Below, piece after piece: positions 39,025 to 49,130 of a stretch of 64,000 bases of DNA. Within the stretch, counting starts at the first letter, position 1; every line of letters starts with the position of its first letter. Below the pieces are notes generated by a model, which was not told the DNA's origin, did not search any database, and saw only the letters and a list, made by a program, of their open reading frames with translations. Source of the DNA: Pelagomonas calceolata (lineage: Eukaryota); assembly GCA_918797485.1 (NCBI GenBank), contig CAKKNE010000001.1:3968001-4032000 (forward strand), read 5' to 3'. The position numbers and the translations under genes are program-made.

Positions 39025-40206
39025 ATGGCCACCCCGGCGCTCACGCCGCGCCGCGGCGCGTACCTGGAACCCAAGGACGAGGACGACTCGCCGCGGTCGT
39101 CGACGCACGCGCCGTCGCCGGCGATGGCCCTCAAGCACTTCCTGGCCGTCCTCAGGAAGAACTGGATGCTCGTGGGCGTCGTCCTAAGCATCGCGGGCGC
39201 GCGCGCGGCGCCGGCGGTCGGCGCGCGCGACGGGCCCCTCTATCCAGATATAACGGTCAAATACCTGGCCGTGGCCCTGATCTTCTTCCTGAGCGGCCTT
39301 GGTCTGAGGCCGCGGCAGTTGGCCGGCGCCGTGGCCAACGTGCCCCTGCATTCATTAATACAGGGCTTCACGCTCGTGGCCGTGCCGATGTTCGTGCGGT
39401 ACCTGGTCGCGCCCTTCCTCTACCGAGCGGGTTTAGATAGGTGGCTCTGCGAGGGCTTGGTTGCTGTCGCGTGCCTCCCGCCGCCCGTGTCGTCGGCGGT
39501 CATACTGACGAAGGCCGCCGGCGGCAACGAGGCGGCGGCCATTTTTAATTCCGCTTTTGGGTCGTTGCTAGGCGTGCTGGTCACGCCGATCGAGCTCGTC
39601 GCGCTGGTCGACGCGGGCGGCGCGTCGTCGAACACGACGGGCGCCGGCGCGAGCGACGCCATGCTGGCGACGCTGGGCCGGGTCTTCCGCCAGCTCTTCG
39701 TGACCGTCGTGATACCTTTATTCTGCGGCCAGGTCGCGCGGCCGCGGCTCGAGGCCTGGCTCGACCGCGCGAAGCCGCCTTTGTCGGAAATCGGCCAGGC
39801 CACGCTCCTCCTCATCATCTTCACGACGTTTTGTGATACGTTTAGCGGTAAAAGCGTCGAGAGCAGTCGGCGCGGCGCGCTCGCGGTGACGGGCTTTGTT
39901 GTATTGAGTCTCCAACTCGTCTTCTTGGGCGCGGTCTTTATACTGACGGCGACGACGAAAATTCTAAGGAGGCCCTTGCCGCCGGGCGACGTCATCTGCG
40001 CGCTCTTCTGCGCCTCGCACAAGTCGCTTACTTTGGGAATTCCGGTCATGAAGATCGTCTTCCCGGACCACCCGCGCTTCGGGCTGCTGAGCGCGCCGCT
40101 CCTCATGTACCACCCGATCCAGATCGTGCTGGGCGGCGTGCTCGTGCCGTCCGTGCGCGCGTGGGCGCGGCGGCACGCCGAACCGGCGGGCGCGGAGATC
40201 GTTTAA
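39025..40206 (+). CDS. SLC10A7: Sodium/bile acid symporter family, SLC10A7-like
   Basis: IFFLSGL, CLPPPVSSAVILTKAAGGNEAAAIFNSAFG, IFTTFCDTF, HKSLTLGIP, LMYHPIQI. Confidence 0.88.
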   Translation: MATPALTPRRGAYLEPKDEDDSPRSSTHAPSPAMALKHFLAVLRKNWMLVGVVLSIAGARAAPAVGARDGPLYPDITVKYLAVALIFFLSGLGLRPRQLAGAVANVPLHSLIQGFTLVAVPMFVRYLVAPFLYRAGLDRWLCEGLVAVACLPPPVSSAVILTKAAGGNEAAAIFNSAFGSLLGVLVTPIELVALVDAGGASSNTTGAGASDAMLATLGRVFRQLFVTVVIPLFCGQVARPRLEAWLDRAKPPLSEIGQATLLLIIFTTFCDTFSGKSVESSRRGALAVTGFVVLSLQLVFLGAVFILTATTKILRRPLPPGDVICALFCASHKSLTLGIPVMKIVFPDHPRFGLLSAPLLMYHPIQIVLGGVLVPSVRAWARRHAEPAGAEIV

Positions 40207-41641
40207 TATTTTGTCATTTATCTTGCGACCGAACTGTCGCTCGTCGAGCGGAGACGGAAGGACGGTGCTAGGACTAGTATATATTGTTACGGTGGGTGCT
40301 AAAACTAGTGGGCGGAGCCCCTGGGGGGGAGACACCGCGCGTCGCCGATTCATCGGCGGCGGGCGCGAGCCGCTTCTTTCGTAACAGCGTACCTCGTTCT
40401 AAGCGGAACTGCTCCGTCGGAAAGTCTCCCTGAACTGTATAGGGCCACGCCGGATGCGGGACGCCAAGAATTTTCTCACATAGTACCAGCACGCCATCGA
40501 CGCAAAGCCCGGCCGTGAGGTCGGCTCCGGCGTCGCTTCGACGAGCGCATTCGCCACTTTTCATGCGTTGGCACGGCGTAGGCGTAGGCGTGGACTCGGC
40601 CCCGGCGTCGGCGCTGTCTGGCGTCGGTCAAAGTGTCGGTCCAGGCCTAGGGACTCCGTGTAGCCGTAGGCGTAGGCGAGGGCGACGTGGGTCAAGGCGA
40701 GGCCGTCGGTTTCAGGTGCAGGTCCCGGCCAGGCCAAGGGTTAGTGCAGAAATCACAGTGTGTCGAGTGGGGCAGCCTTCAGCCCTTCTAACGCGACGCG
40801 CGCGGCTACACGACTCCCTGGGCGACCTACGGGTCCACGGCGTCCTCGGCTACGGCAGCGAGCATGCCTCCTGCTCTGGTCCGCGCCATCGCCGACGTTC
40901 GAGCAAACGATGGATGGGCCCTCGTGGGCTCCCGAGGCTGTCCGGCGCGTCCGCCACGGTGGCGTGGGCGTCTGTTTTCGTCGGGAGGCAGTCGACGGGC
41001 TCGCACCGGCCTCCTACAGCGGTGGGGCAGCGTTTTGCATGAGGGCCCATATTGGCTTTCCCATCAACTTCTTTCAGCCTTCGCGGCGATGGATCGGGAA
41101 CCAGGGTCTAGGCGCCCTATCTCGGCAATAGAAGCACCGTGGGCTCTCAAATTTGAGGTGCGTACAGACCCAGCAAGGTCGAACCCGCGCAAAAAAAATA
41201 CCCGATTTTTGAGAATATTCGCGACGAGAGAGGGATCGATTTCGCATTTTTAGCCCTTTTAAGCTATATATACACGCTCTGCGATACGTTCGTAGCTCTC
41301 GGATCTCGTGCTGACAGCCTGTTAGTACGCGCGCCTGGCGCGCGCCGGCGCGGTGGCCTCGCGGCCCCGGCCGTGCCCAGAGTTCACCACCACGAATCTG
41401 GCCGAGACGATTAGCGGCTGGCTGCTGCGGCATTGCTTCGCAGCGATGCCGCGGTCACGCCGCGGACGCTGCGCCGGTGCGCGTCCCGCCTCGCTAGCGC
41501 TTCGACGACCGTCGCTCTCGTCGAGCGCCGTCGCGCCGACCTTTTTTTTTGTAAAGGCCTCATCATCATCAACCACCCGAACTCGTGCTCGCCGACGCCG
41601 AGCTCTCGTGCTGACGCAGTTCTACTCCTGCGCGCGACGCC

Positions 41642-43930
41642 ATGGACACGCTCGGGCTAGATATAGCTAAAGCACTCGCGGGAAAGCTTGGCTGCAAAGT
41701 GATGTCGTACAAGAGCCACGGCCGCCACGGCGGCATCGTCATCGTCAGCGGCACGTACGATCCAGCTTTCATGCAAAGCTTGCTCCGTACCGCCGCCGAC
41801 CTGTGCAGTGCGCGCGGCTACCCCGCCGTGACGTTCCTAGTCGGCGGCGCCTCGACCGCGAGGAACGCCAAGGGCCGCATCTGCGACCACACTGGTATTT
41901 TCGGCGACTGGGGCGTCCGCGGCTCGAAACCCGGCGACTCGACCTTCACCTCGTTCGCCTTCGAGTTCCCAGAAGATTGCGGCTTGTTGGCCGACGGCGG
42001 CATGCATCAGGCCGGCGTCGGTCTGGAGGCGACGGTGTGTCGGGACGTCGGTGCGGCCTTCGGCCTGCGGTACCCGGCGATCCAGTGCGGCAACAAGAAC
42101 CGCCTCGGCGCCAACTTCCTCTTCGACCTGATCAACAAAACGGGCCTCGTGTACGTGGTCCTCGCGACGAAGCCGTCGACGGAGCCGCGCGATCTCCTGC
42201 TGGAGGCGCAGCGCGGCGGCGCGGACGTGACGCGCGGCGGCGGCATCAGCAGGGGCCCCAATACGTCCTTTAAGGTGGACTGGATGCAGGCGCTGCTCTA
42301 TTTGGTGGCCGCGCGCGGTCTGGCGCAGCGCCACTGGACGGCCATCGCCGCGGCCCTCAACGAGGCCTTCGGGCTGGAGTTGACGATGAACGCGGCCTAC
42401 CAGAAGTACGCCGCGATCGCGGAGCAGCGCGAGACGGCCTCGCCCGTGACGGCGCCGGTCTCGGAGGCTGAGGTGGCCGTGGCGCTCGACGCGAAGCGGT
42501 CCGCGGAGAAGCACCTCGCGGACCTCACGCAGGAGGTCGTGCGGGTGCTGAAGGCGCGCGCCGCCGCTCTCGCCGCTGGTGACGACGCGGACGAGGTCCT
42601 CGCGGCGCGCGCCGCGCGCCGACGCGACCAAGACCTGCTCCAACGGACGGCGTTGTGGAAGCTGGGCGCGCTCTTCGTGGGCGACGGCGCGCGGTTCTTC
42701 GCCGCCGAGTCCTCCGCGGGCGAGTCCTCCTCGGGCGAGTCCTCCGCGGGCGAGTCCTCCTCGGACAGTTCCGACGACGAGTCGAGCTCAGACGAGGAGG
42801 CAGCGCCGGCGCGGAGACTCCGCTGCGACGAGTTGTCCGTGTGGCCGCTGCGGCGCATCGTGGCCAGGACGGGCTGCGTCGTCGTCCTGTCCTCGACGGC
42901 GCCGCGCGGCGTCGCGGCGGCCTTGGGCCGGGAGATTGGCGCCGAGAAGCTGAAGGCGACCGCGGCCGTGGCCAACTCGGGCAGCGCCGAGGAGCGCCAG
43001 GTGCACGAGGTGCTCCAGTGGCTCGACCAGTGGCCCGCGGACCGCTGGGTCTGCCTCGACGAGACGGGCGGCCTCCGCGCGGCCTACGCGCGCGTGGCGC
43101 GCGCGGCCGGCGCCGTGCCTGTGTTCGCGGCGCGGTTCGTCAGCGCGGCGCCGTCCTTCGACGAGGAAACGCTGCGCGCGGTGACGTTCGACGAGGGCAC
43201 GCCGCCCGCTGCCGCGGCGCCGCACGGTTCACTGCCGTTCCTGCCGCCGTCGTACGAGATCACGCGGGCTGATATTGCGGGGCGGGAAATAGTCGTGACC
43301 GGCAGGAACTTTTTGTCCCAGCGGATATTGGAGCTCGTCCTGGAAATTAGGTTTGGAGCGAATATCATGAGCAAGGCATCCAGAAAGACGCACATCGTCA
43401 TCGGGCCGGCGAGTTGCCTGGAGGGCGAGCGCGCGGACCAGTCAGCTAATGCAAAGCACGCGTTGTATACGCCGACGGAGAACCCGGAGAACGGTGGCCA
43501 CGCCGTGTTCCTTGTGGACACGAAATTGGAAGCGATGCTGCGGAAAGGCGAGGTGGCGGACGCGTTGCGGGAAAAACGGGGGAGCCTGCCGGCGCCGCTC
43601 TACGTTACGGCGCTCGCGGTCCGGCCCTGGAGGCGGCAGGTCTGCGTCGTGACGGGCGAGGTCGACGGCTACGACCAGGTCGCGTTCCTCGCGGCGCTGC
43701 GGGACACACTCGACGCCAAGACGTGGGACCGCGTGACCGACGACACGACGCTATTAATCGTGGGCGATTTGCGAGGCCGGGAGTCGAGCACCAAGCTCGA
43801 CATGGCGCGTGTGCTGAAGGTGAAGATCGTGCGAGCCGCGGAGGTGCTGAAGCTGCTGGCGCCGCCCCCGGCGGTCTTCGCGGACGTGACGAACGGCGCC
43901 GGCCGGCCGGCGAAGAAGACACGGGTGTAA
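41642..43930 (+). CDS. Multidomain protein: unknown N-terminus, partial HAD-like segment, two BRCT domains
   Basis: VVVLSST...RWVCLDE; GREIVVTG...SRKTHIVIG; VCVVTG...VTDDTTLLIVG...KLDMARVLKVKIV; C-terminal PAKKTRV. Confidence 0.7.
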   Translation: MDTLGLDIAKALAGKLGCKVMSYKSHGRHGGIVIVSGTYDPAFMQSLLRTAADLCSARGYPAVTFLVGGASTARNAKGRICDHTGIFGDWGVRGSKPGDSTFTSFAFEFPEDCGLLADGGMHQAGVGLEATVCRDVGAAFGLRYPAIQCGNKNRLGANFLFDLINKTGLVYVVLATKPSTEPRDLLLEAQRGGADVTRGGGISRGPNTSFKVDWMQALLYLVAARGLAQRHWTAIAAALNEAFGLELTMNAAYQKYAAIAEQRETASPVTAPVSEAEVAVALDAKRSAEKHLADLTQEVVRVLKARAAALAAGDDADEVLAARAARRRDQDLLQRTALWKLGALFVGDGARFFAAESSAGESSSGESSAGESSSDSSDDESSSDEEAAPARRLRCDELSVWPLRRIVARTGCVVVLSSTAPRGVAAALGREIGAEKLKATAAVANSGSAEERQVHEVLQWLDQWPADRWVCLDETGGLRAAYARVARAAGAVPVFAARFVSAAPSFDEETLRAVTFDEGTPPAAAAPHGSLPFLPPSYEITRADIAGREIVVTGRNFLSQRILELVLEIRFGANIMSKASRKTHIVIGPASCLEGERADQSANAKHALYTPTENPENGGHAVFLVDTKLEAMLRKGEVADALREKRGSLPAPLYVTALAVRPWRRQVCVVTGEVDGYDQVAFLAALRDTLDAKTWDRVTDDTTLLIVGDLRGRESSTKLDMARVLKVKIVRAAEVLKLLAPPPAVFADVTNGAGRPAKKTRV

Positions 43931-44403
43931 AGCGGCGGCGCCGCCCTCGCGGTAGTCCTCGCGCGAAGCGGCGGAGGACACGGAGGAGATGGAGATGGAG
44001 TGGTAGTAGCTCTAAGAAAAAGCATTGTGTTCAACTCAGTCCTGTTATGCTTACCGCCGCTAGCTAACACACTAGAAACAACCCAAAAAAAAGTGGGCTC
44101 ACGCGATTTTGTTTTGGGTCACCGGTTGTACTGCACGAGGCCGCGTCAGATTGGAGAATATCAACTGCTGTGTGCACCTTTCGCCAAGTGGCATTGTTTT
44201 TGCAAACGAAACGCTGGCAGCGACATCTATTCCCATGATGCGCTGACAGGCGCTGCTGGCATTGCAAGGCGCGCGCGCACGCATGAGTGCGCGGACCCGT
44301 CGCAAGCGCACGACGCAGCCGCAGCGCGCCGCTCACACACGTTTATGTGCGCACGCGTTGCAACGACGCGCGCCGCGCGACCCGCCGCCGCGCAGGTACC
44401 ACC

Positions 44404-45330
44404 ATGGCCGCCTTCCAAGCCGACGACGGCTACGAAGAACCGCACGTCATCGCCGAGATCGGCTGCAACCACATGGGCCAGTTCGAGATCGCCAAGGAGC
44501 TCCTCACGCTCGCGAAGAACGCCGGCGCGACCGTGGGCAAGTTCCAGAAGCGCTGCCCCAAGGAGCTGCTGACGGAGGAGCAGTACAACGCGCAGCACCC
44601 GAACCCCCACAACTCGTACGGCGACACGTACGGCGCGCACCGCGAATTTCTAGAGTTGGACGTCGAGCAGCATAGACTACTCCAGAAGCACTGCGAGGAG
44701 ATCGGGTTGCTGTACTCTTGTTCGGTCTGGGACACGACGTCGGCGAAAGAAATCGCTTCCTTAAATCCGCCGTTGATCAAAGTCGGCTCGCCGTCGAACC
44801 AACACTGGGAGATGCAGAAAGTGCTCAGAGACGAGTACAGCGGCATGGTCCACATCTCGACGGGCATGACGACGAAGGACGAAGTGGAGAAGATCGTGAG
44901 CTTCTGGGAGCAGGGTAAAGGCAACGCGAAGGAACGCGTCATCCTCTACAACTGCACCAGCGGCTACCCCGTGCCCTTCCAGGACGTGTGCATGCTGGAG
45001 CTGAAGTTGCTGCGGGAGCGCTTCGCGGGACGGGTCCGCGGCTTCGGGTTCTCGGGCCACCATCTCGGGATCTCCGTGGACATCGCCGCGTACGCGTTGG
45101 GCGCCACGTGGAACGAGCGCCACTTCACCAAGGACCGGACCTGGAAGGGCACCGATCATGCGGCCTCGCTCGAGCCGGCCGGTCTCAGCAAGCTATGCCG
45201 CGACTTGAAGGCGGCGTGGCAGTGCATGTCGTACAAGAAGACGGACATCCTGCCGCTCGAGGCGGCGCAGCGCGCCAAGCTCAAGTGGGGCTGCTACAAC
45301 CAGGACCTCGCCAAGAAGACCGCCGTCTAG
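44404..45330 (+). CDS. neuB: NeuB-family sialic/nonulosonic acid synthase lacking the C-terminal AFP/SAF domain
   Basis: VIAEIGCNHMG, KFQKR, ISTGM, CTSGYP, GFSGHHLG, ERHFT, GTDHAASLEP. Confidence 0.9.
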   Translation: MAAFQADDGYEEPHVIAEIGCNHMGQFEIAKELLTLAKNAGATVGKFQKRCPKELLTEEQYNAQHPNPHNSYGDTYGAHREFLELDVEQHRLLQKHCEEIGLLYSCSVWDTTSAKEIASLNPPLIKVGSPSNQHWEMQKVLRDEYSGMVHISTGMTTKDEVEKIVSFWEQGKGNAKERVILYNCTSGYPVPFQDVCMLELKLLRERFAGRVRGFGFSGHHLGISVDIAAYALGATWNERHFTKDRTWKGTDHAASLEPAGLSKLCRDLKAAWQCMSYKKTDILPLEAAQRAKLKWGCYNQDLAKKTAV

Positions 45331-45405
45331 ATTCCCCGTATTTCCCCTGTGCTAACGTCTCTCTCGAGCTTTCCTTCCGCACAAAGGCACCAAACAAAGT
45401 TAAAG

Positions 45406-48400
45406 TTACGCGTGTGGCGCCTCGAGGCCGAAGCGTGCCCAAGGATCGTGGCGCGCAAGAAATGCGCGCGCGTCCGGCGGCGGCCCGCAACACGGCCAGC
45501 CGTGGGGCCCAGTGAGCTTCCTCCGTACCCCCGGGCAGTCGCACTCGCCCCAGCAGCCGGCGAGCTGCGACGCGAAGTCGCCGACGGGCGCCGTGTATAT
45601 CTTCGCCTGCGTCGCCAGGACCGCCGCCGCGAGTCCGAACGTCGAGGAGCTTATGAACAGGTGCGGCGCCGTCACGAGGTGGTGGAACGTCTCGAGCGCG
45701 TCGCCGCCGAGGACGAGCTCGACGCCGGGCGCACCGGCCAGCGCGCCGAAGTCCGCGGGTGAGCCCTCGCTGAAGACGCAGATCTTCGCGGTCGCGTCCC
45801 GCCGGCGGATCGACTCCGCGAGACACACGTAGGATTCGTTCGAGGCGACTTTACCTGTGTGCGGAAGTCAACCAGTGAGCTAGGTATCGGAGACCTTCGT
45901 GATCCTCTCCAGTTACGGGGGGCGACGTCGCGTCGATGGCATCAAATCTCCACACAGGACGTTACGTTTTTTGTGGTACCGGGCGTCGCCGCGCCGCACG
46001 TGCATCCGGTACTCGCAATCGCGCGGCGCGGGCCGGCGGACGGGCGTACGGCTTCCGACGTAGATCGCGGCGTCGTAGAGCTTCCGCAGCTCCCGTCGCA
46101 CGGCGGGGTGGGCGAGCACGTCTAGCCTCGTGGCGAGCTCGCGGTCGGCCCTCCTGGCCCTCGAGAACTCGGGCGTGATCGCTCGCGGGAGGGTCTGCGG
46201 GTGGCGCGACGCGCAGCGCGCGTCGGACCGGAGGCCCGTCACCGCCTCGGCGGCGCCGACGTCGACGCCGTGCGCCATTTTTTTTATCGTGGTGTGGATG
46301 TAGCAGCACCCGTCGTCCGGCACGAGCCGGCACGCCCCGAAGACCGCCATTTTGTTGAAGAACTGGCTCCCGAAGCCGTCGCGGCCGGGGTGGATCCACG
46401 CGTGGACGCGGACGGGGGGGACCGCGGCGGTTGCGGCCGTGTCCGTCGCGGAACGCGTCTCCGTCGCGGGCCCGCCGCCGTGGGCGGCCGGGGCGACGTG
46501 GAGGTCGGCCAGGGCGCGGTTGGCGGCGCAGGTCGCGATGTCGGGGTCGTACGGCGGCGGCGCGGGCCCGCCGCCCGCCTTTTCCCACGCCTCCCGGCGC
46601 GCGGCGTGCCGACCGTAGTTCCAGTTCTTGTGGAAGCCCCAGGCGCGCCTGCGTGGAAAGAAAACTTTCGCGACGCGTTCGTTGATGTCCACACGGGTTC
46701 GCGCGTCGTCGCGTTGTGCACGTGGAGCGTCTCCTCGGCGAACTCGTGCGCCACCGCCGCGGGGCACTTGTCGCAGAACAGGGCCGCGCCCTGCGTGAAG
46801 AACGCGTCCTCGGCAACTCGCGCGAGGCCGCCGCGGCGGGTGTTGCCGTCGCGGAACGCGCCTGCCGCGAACGCCCGAATCACGCGCCGCATGCAGCCGA
46901 CGTTCCGGATCGAAAAGCCGCCGTTCTGCGTCGGGGCCCAGGCAACGCCGAAGCGCGTCACCGCGCCGCAGTAGTCGTAGCGCGCGAACGCCTCGACGGC
47001 GGCGCCGGCGCCGCAGACGCCCGAGTCCGCCTGGGCGAGGAGCACCGTGTCGCGGTCCGCGCCGGTGCTCCTCCAGAACGCCTCCGTCTTCAGCAGCGCG
47101 TTGTACTGGACCACGTTTTTCCCGACGCTGAACCCCTCGAGGCCCGGGATCTGCGCGTCGACGGCGGTCGTCGCGGCCACGCAGGCGTGCGCCCGCGCGA
47201 GCGCGGCGGCCGCCGCCGCCGCCGCGGAGTGGTGGAAGAAGACGACGGGCGTGCCGGGGAGCTTCTCGCAGAGGTTCGCCGCGACGGCGTGCAATTTAGA
47301 GGCGTGGCGCTCGTCGACGTCGGGCCGGACGTCGATGAGGACGACGCGCGCGAGCGCCGGTGGCGGCGGCGGCCGCGGGCGGAGCTTGTGGATCGGGCTC
47401 GGCGCGAAGAGCTTCCGAGCGCTGGCGTGGAACGTCGAGTGGTGCGAGGCGCGCAGGTCAGCAGCGGCGCCGATGACCAGGAGGTCGAAGAGCGCCTTGC
47501 GCAGGAGCGCCGCCGGCTCGACGTGGCCGGGCTCGCCGGGGGGCGCGACGAGGCGGACCGCGGGGTAGGCGCGCCTGAGGAGCGGCGCGACGGCGGCCGA
47601 GTCCGAGAGGACGACGACCGGTCCGCCGGCGCGTCGCGCGATGGCGACCGCGTCGTGGAACTTGCGGAGGACCACGCCCACGAACCCGGGGTCCCGGGCG
47701 CGCGAGGCGTTCAGCGCGCCGAACGCGGCCTCGACCAACGCGTCGCCGTGTAGTGCCGCCTCGCAGTACGGGTTGCGTCCTTCGGCGAAGCCGTGCCGGT
47801 AGTGGTGGCGCGCGAGCGCCCCGACGTTGCGGCCAAACGCAGCGCCAACGTCCGGGTACCGGGCGGCGTAGCACTGCCAGTCGGCGGCCGTAGGCTCCTT
47901 GTGGGCGCGCTCGAGCAGGCCCCAGACCGCCGTCTCGAAGACCTCGAGGGCCTCCCGCTCGCCCACGCGGACGTGGAACGCGGCGTAGGCGCCACCGCCG
48001 CCCGCGGTGCGCCGCACGAACGTGGCGGCCGCGTCGCGGACGCCGGCGGCGAGCGGGAAGAAGGCGGCCGCCAGGACGCCGTCGCAGCGGCCCGCGGCGC
48101 GGCCGCGCTCCCGGACCGCGCGCCCGCACGCCGGGTGGGTGTTGCAGTTCAGGGCGACCACCGGCGCGTCCCCCGCCGCGTCGGCCACGCCCGGGTGGCC
48201 GAGGCGCCGGCCGCAGAGCGCCGGGAGGTGTGCGGGCCGCCGCCGGTCGCAGACGAGCTCGTGGCTCTGGCAGGAACCCGGGCTCCCAGGGCACGCGTCG
48301 GCGAGCCCTGGCGCGAGCCACGCTATCGCGGGCGCCTCGCCCGGCGCCGCGGCGAAGTCGACGCCCCCGAGCGCCTCGGCGATGTGCCGCTCCGTGCGCA

Positions 48401-48698
48401 CGACGAGCGCCCGCCCGGTGGCGAACGCGACGCGCGCGCACGGCATCAGCTCGAAGAGCAGCTTGTTGCCGAGGCCCCTGTTCGACACGCTGCACACCAA
48501 ATACCTATGGCCGCGCCAGGCGCCCGGCGCCGCGTCGTTCCGGAGCGCCGCGACCGCGGCGGCGTGCGCGGCGGCGTAGGTGGGCCAGAGCTTCTCTACG
48601 AACTCATTCGTATCGCAGACCAACCGGGGGCCGATGGCCAAGGAGGGGGTGGCGAGGGCCAAGCAAAGAGCGCGCACGACGCGAGACGTGAGACTCAT
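45406..48698 (-). CDS. Three-module glycosyltransferase-like protein, three exons (introns 46649-46704 and 45855-45965)
   Basis: Signal peptide; fucosyltransferase-like GLGNKL/HVRVGE/VLSDS/STF; DUF5672-like QADS/YDYCGA/NGGFSIR/EDAFF/WGFHK; second fucosyltransferase-like DGFGSQ/HVRRGD/FSEG/SSTF; frames join across introner-like introns. Confidence 0.72.
45855..45957 (-). mobile_element. Internally deleted introner element (103 bp)
   Basis: Ends CTGTGTG.../...CACACAG; 8-bp TSD GACTTTAC/GACGTTAC; GT-AG removal gives HKKR-KVASNESYVCLAE. Confidence 0.8.
46649..46696 (-). mobile_element. Degenerate introner remnant (48 bp)
   Basis: Sense CCGTGTGGACATCAA...TTTCCACGCAG; decayed TSD GCGCGAAC/GCGCGCCT; removal fixes a frameshift (ATT-RAWGFHK). 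Confidence 0.65.
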
Positions 48699-48794
48699 AA
48701 TGCCTTCTCGATTGATAATTGGTTGAGAGCCGCTTTCGACTCCCGCGGCCGAGTCTTTTGCTCGTATGCTTCCCGATAAAAACCGAGCATGCAA

Positions 48795-48819
48795 GCTAGC
48801 GGCCTGTAAGACACTAGCA
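48795..48819 (+). promoter_or_regulatory. Two-CTAG element copy (GCTAGCGGCCTGTAAGACACTAGCA)
   Basis: Between divergent genes 48698(-) and 49131(+); closest to consensus. Confidence 0.7.
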
Positions 48820-49130
48820 AGCAGCCCCGCCGCCCCGATCGGTCCATAGAACGTGGCCATAGGCCTCACTAGAGGTGCCGCGCGATTTGACGCGTGCGGC
48901 GCGCTGGCGCTTCGCCCTTGTGCGCAAAAGGCACAGAGGCTCTGTGGCAGACAGCTCAAACCGGGACGCGGGGCCGCAGCCCCGGACGGACCTCGGCTTC
49001 GCGCGTCGCCCGCGGTGGCTGCCGCGCGCCCGCGGCGCCTCGGACGCGGCCGCCCCACGCAAGGGGCAGCCTCGCCCCGGCAGCCCGAGCGGCCGCCGGA
49101 TTCCCGAGCGCGGGCGCGCGCCGCCGCCCG

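Noticed and set aside
40274..41253. Short ORFs and GGCGTA repeats in the long gap
   Set aside because: No recognisable domain and interrupted frames; may be pseudogenic, but a call is not supportable.
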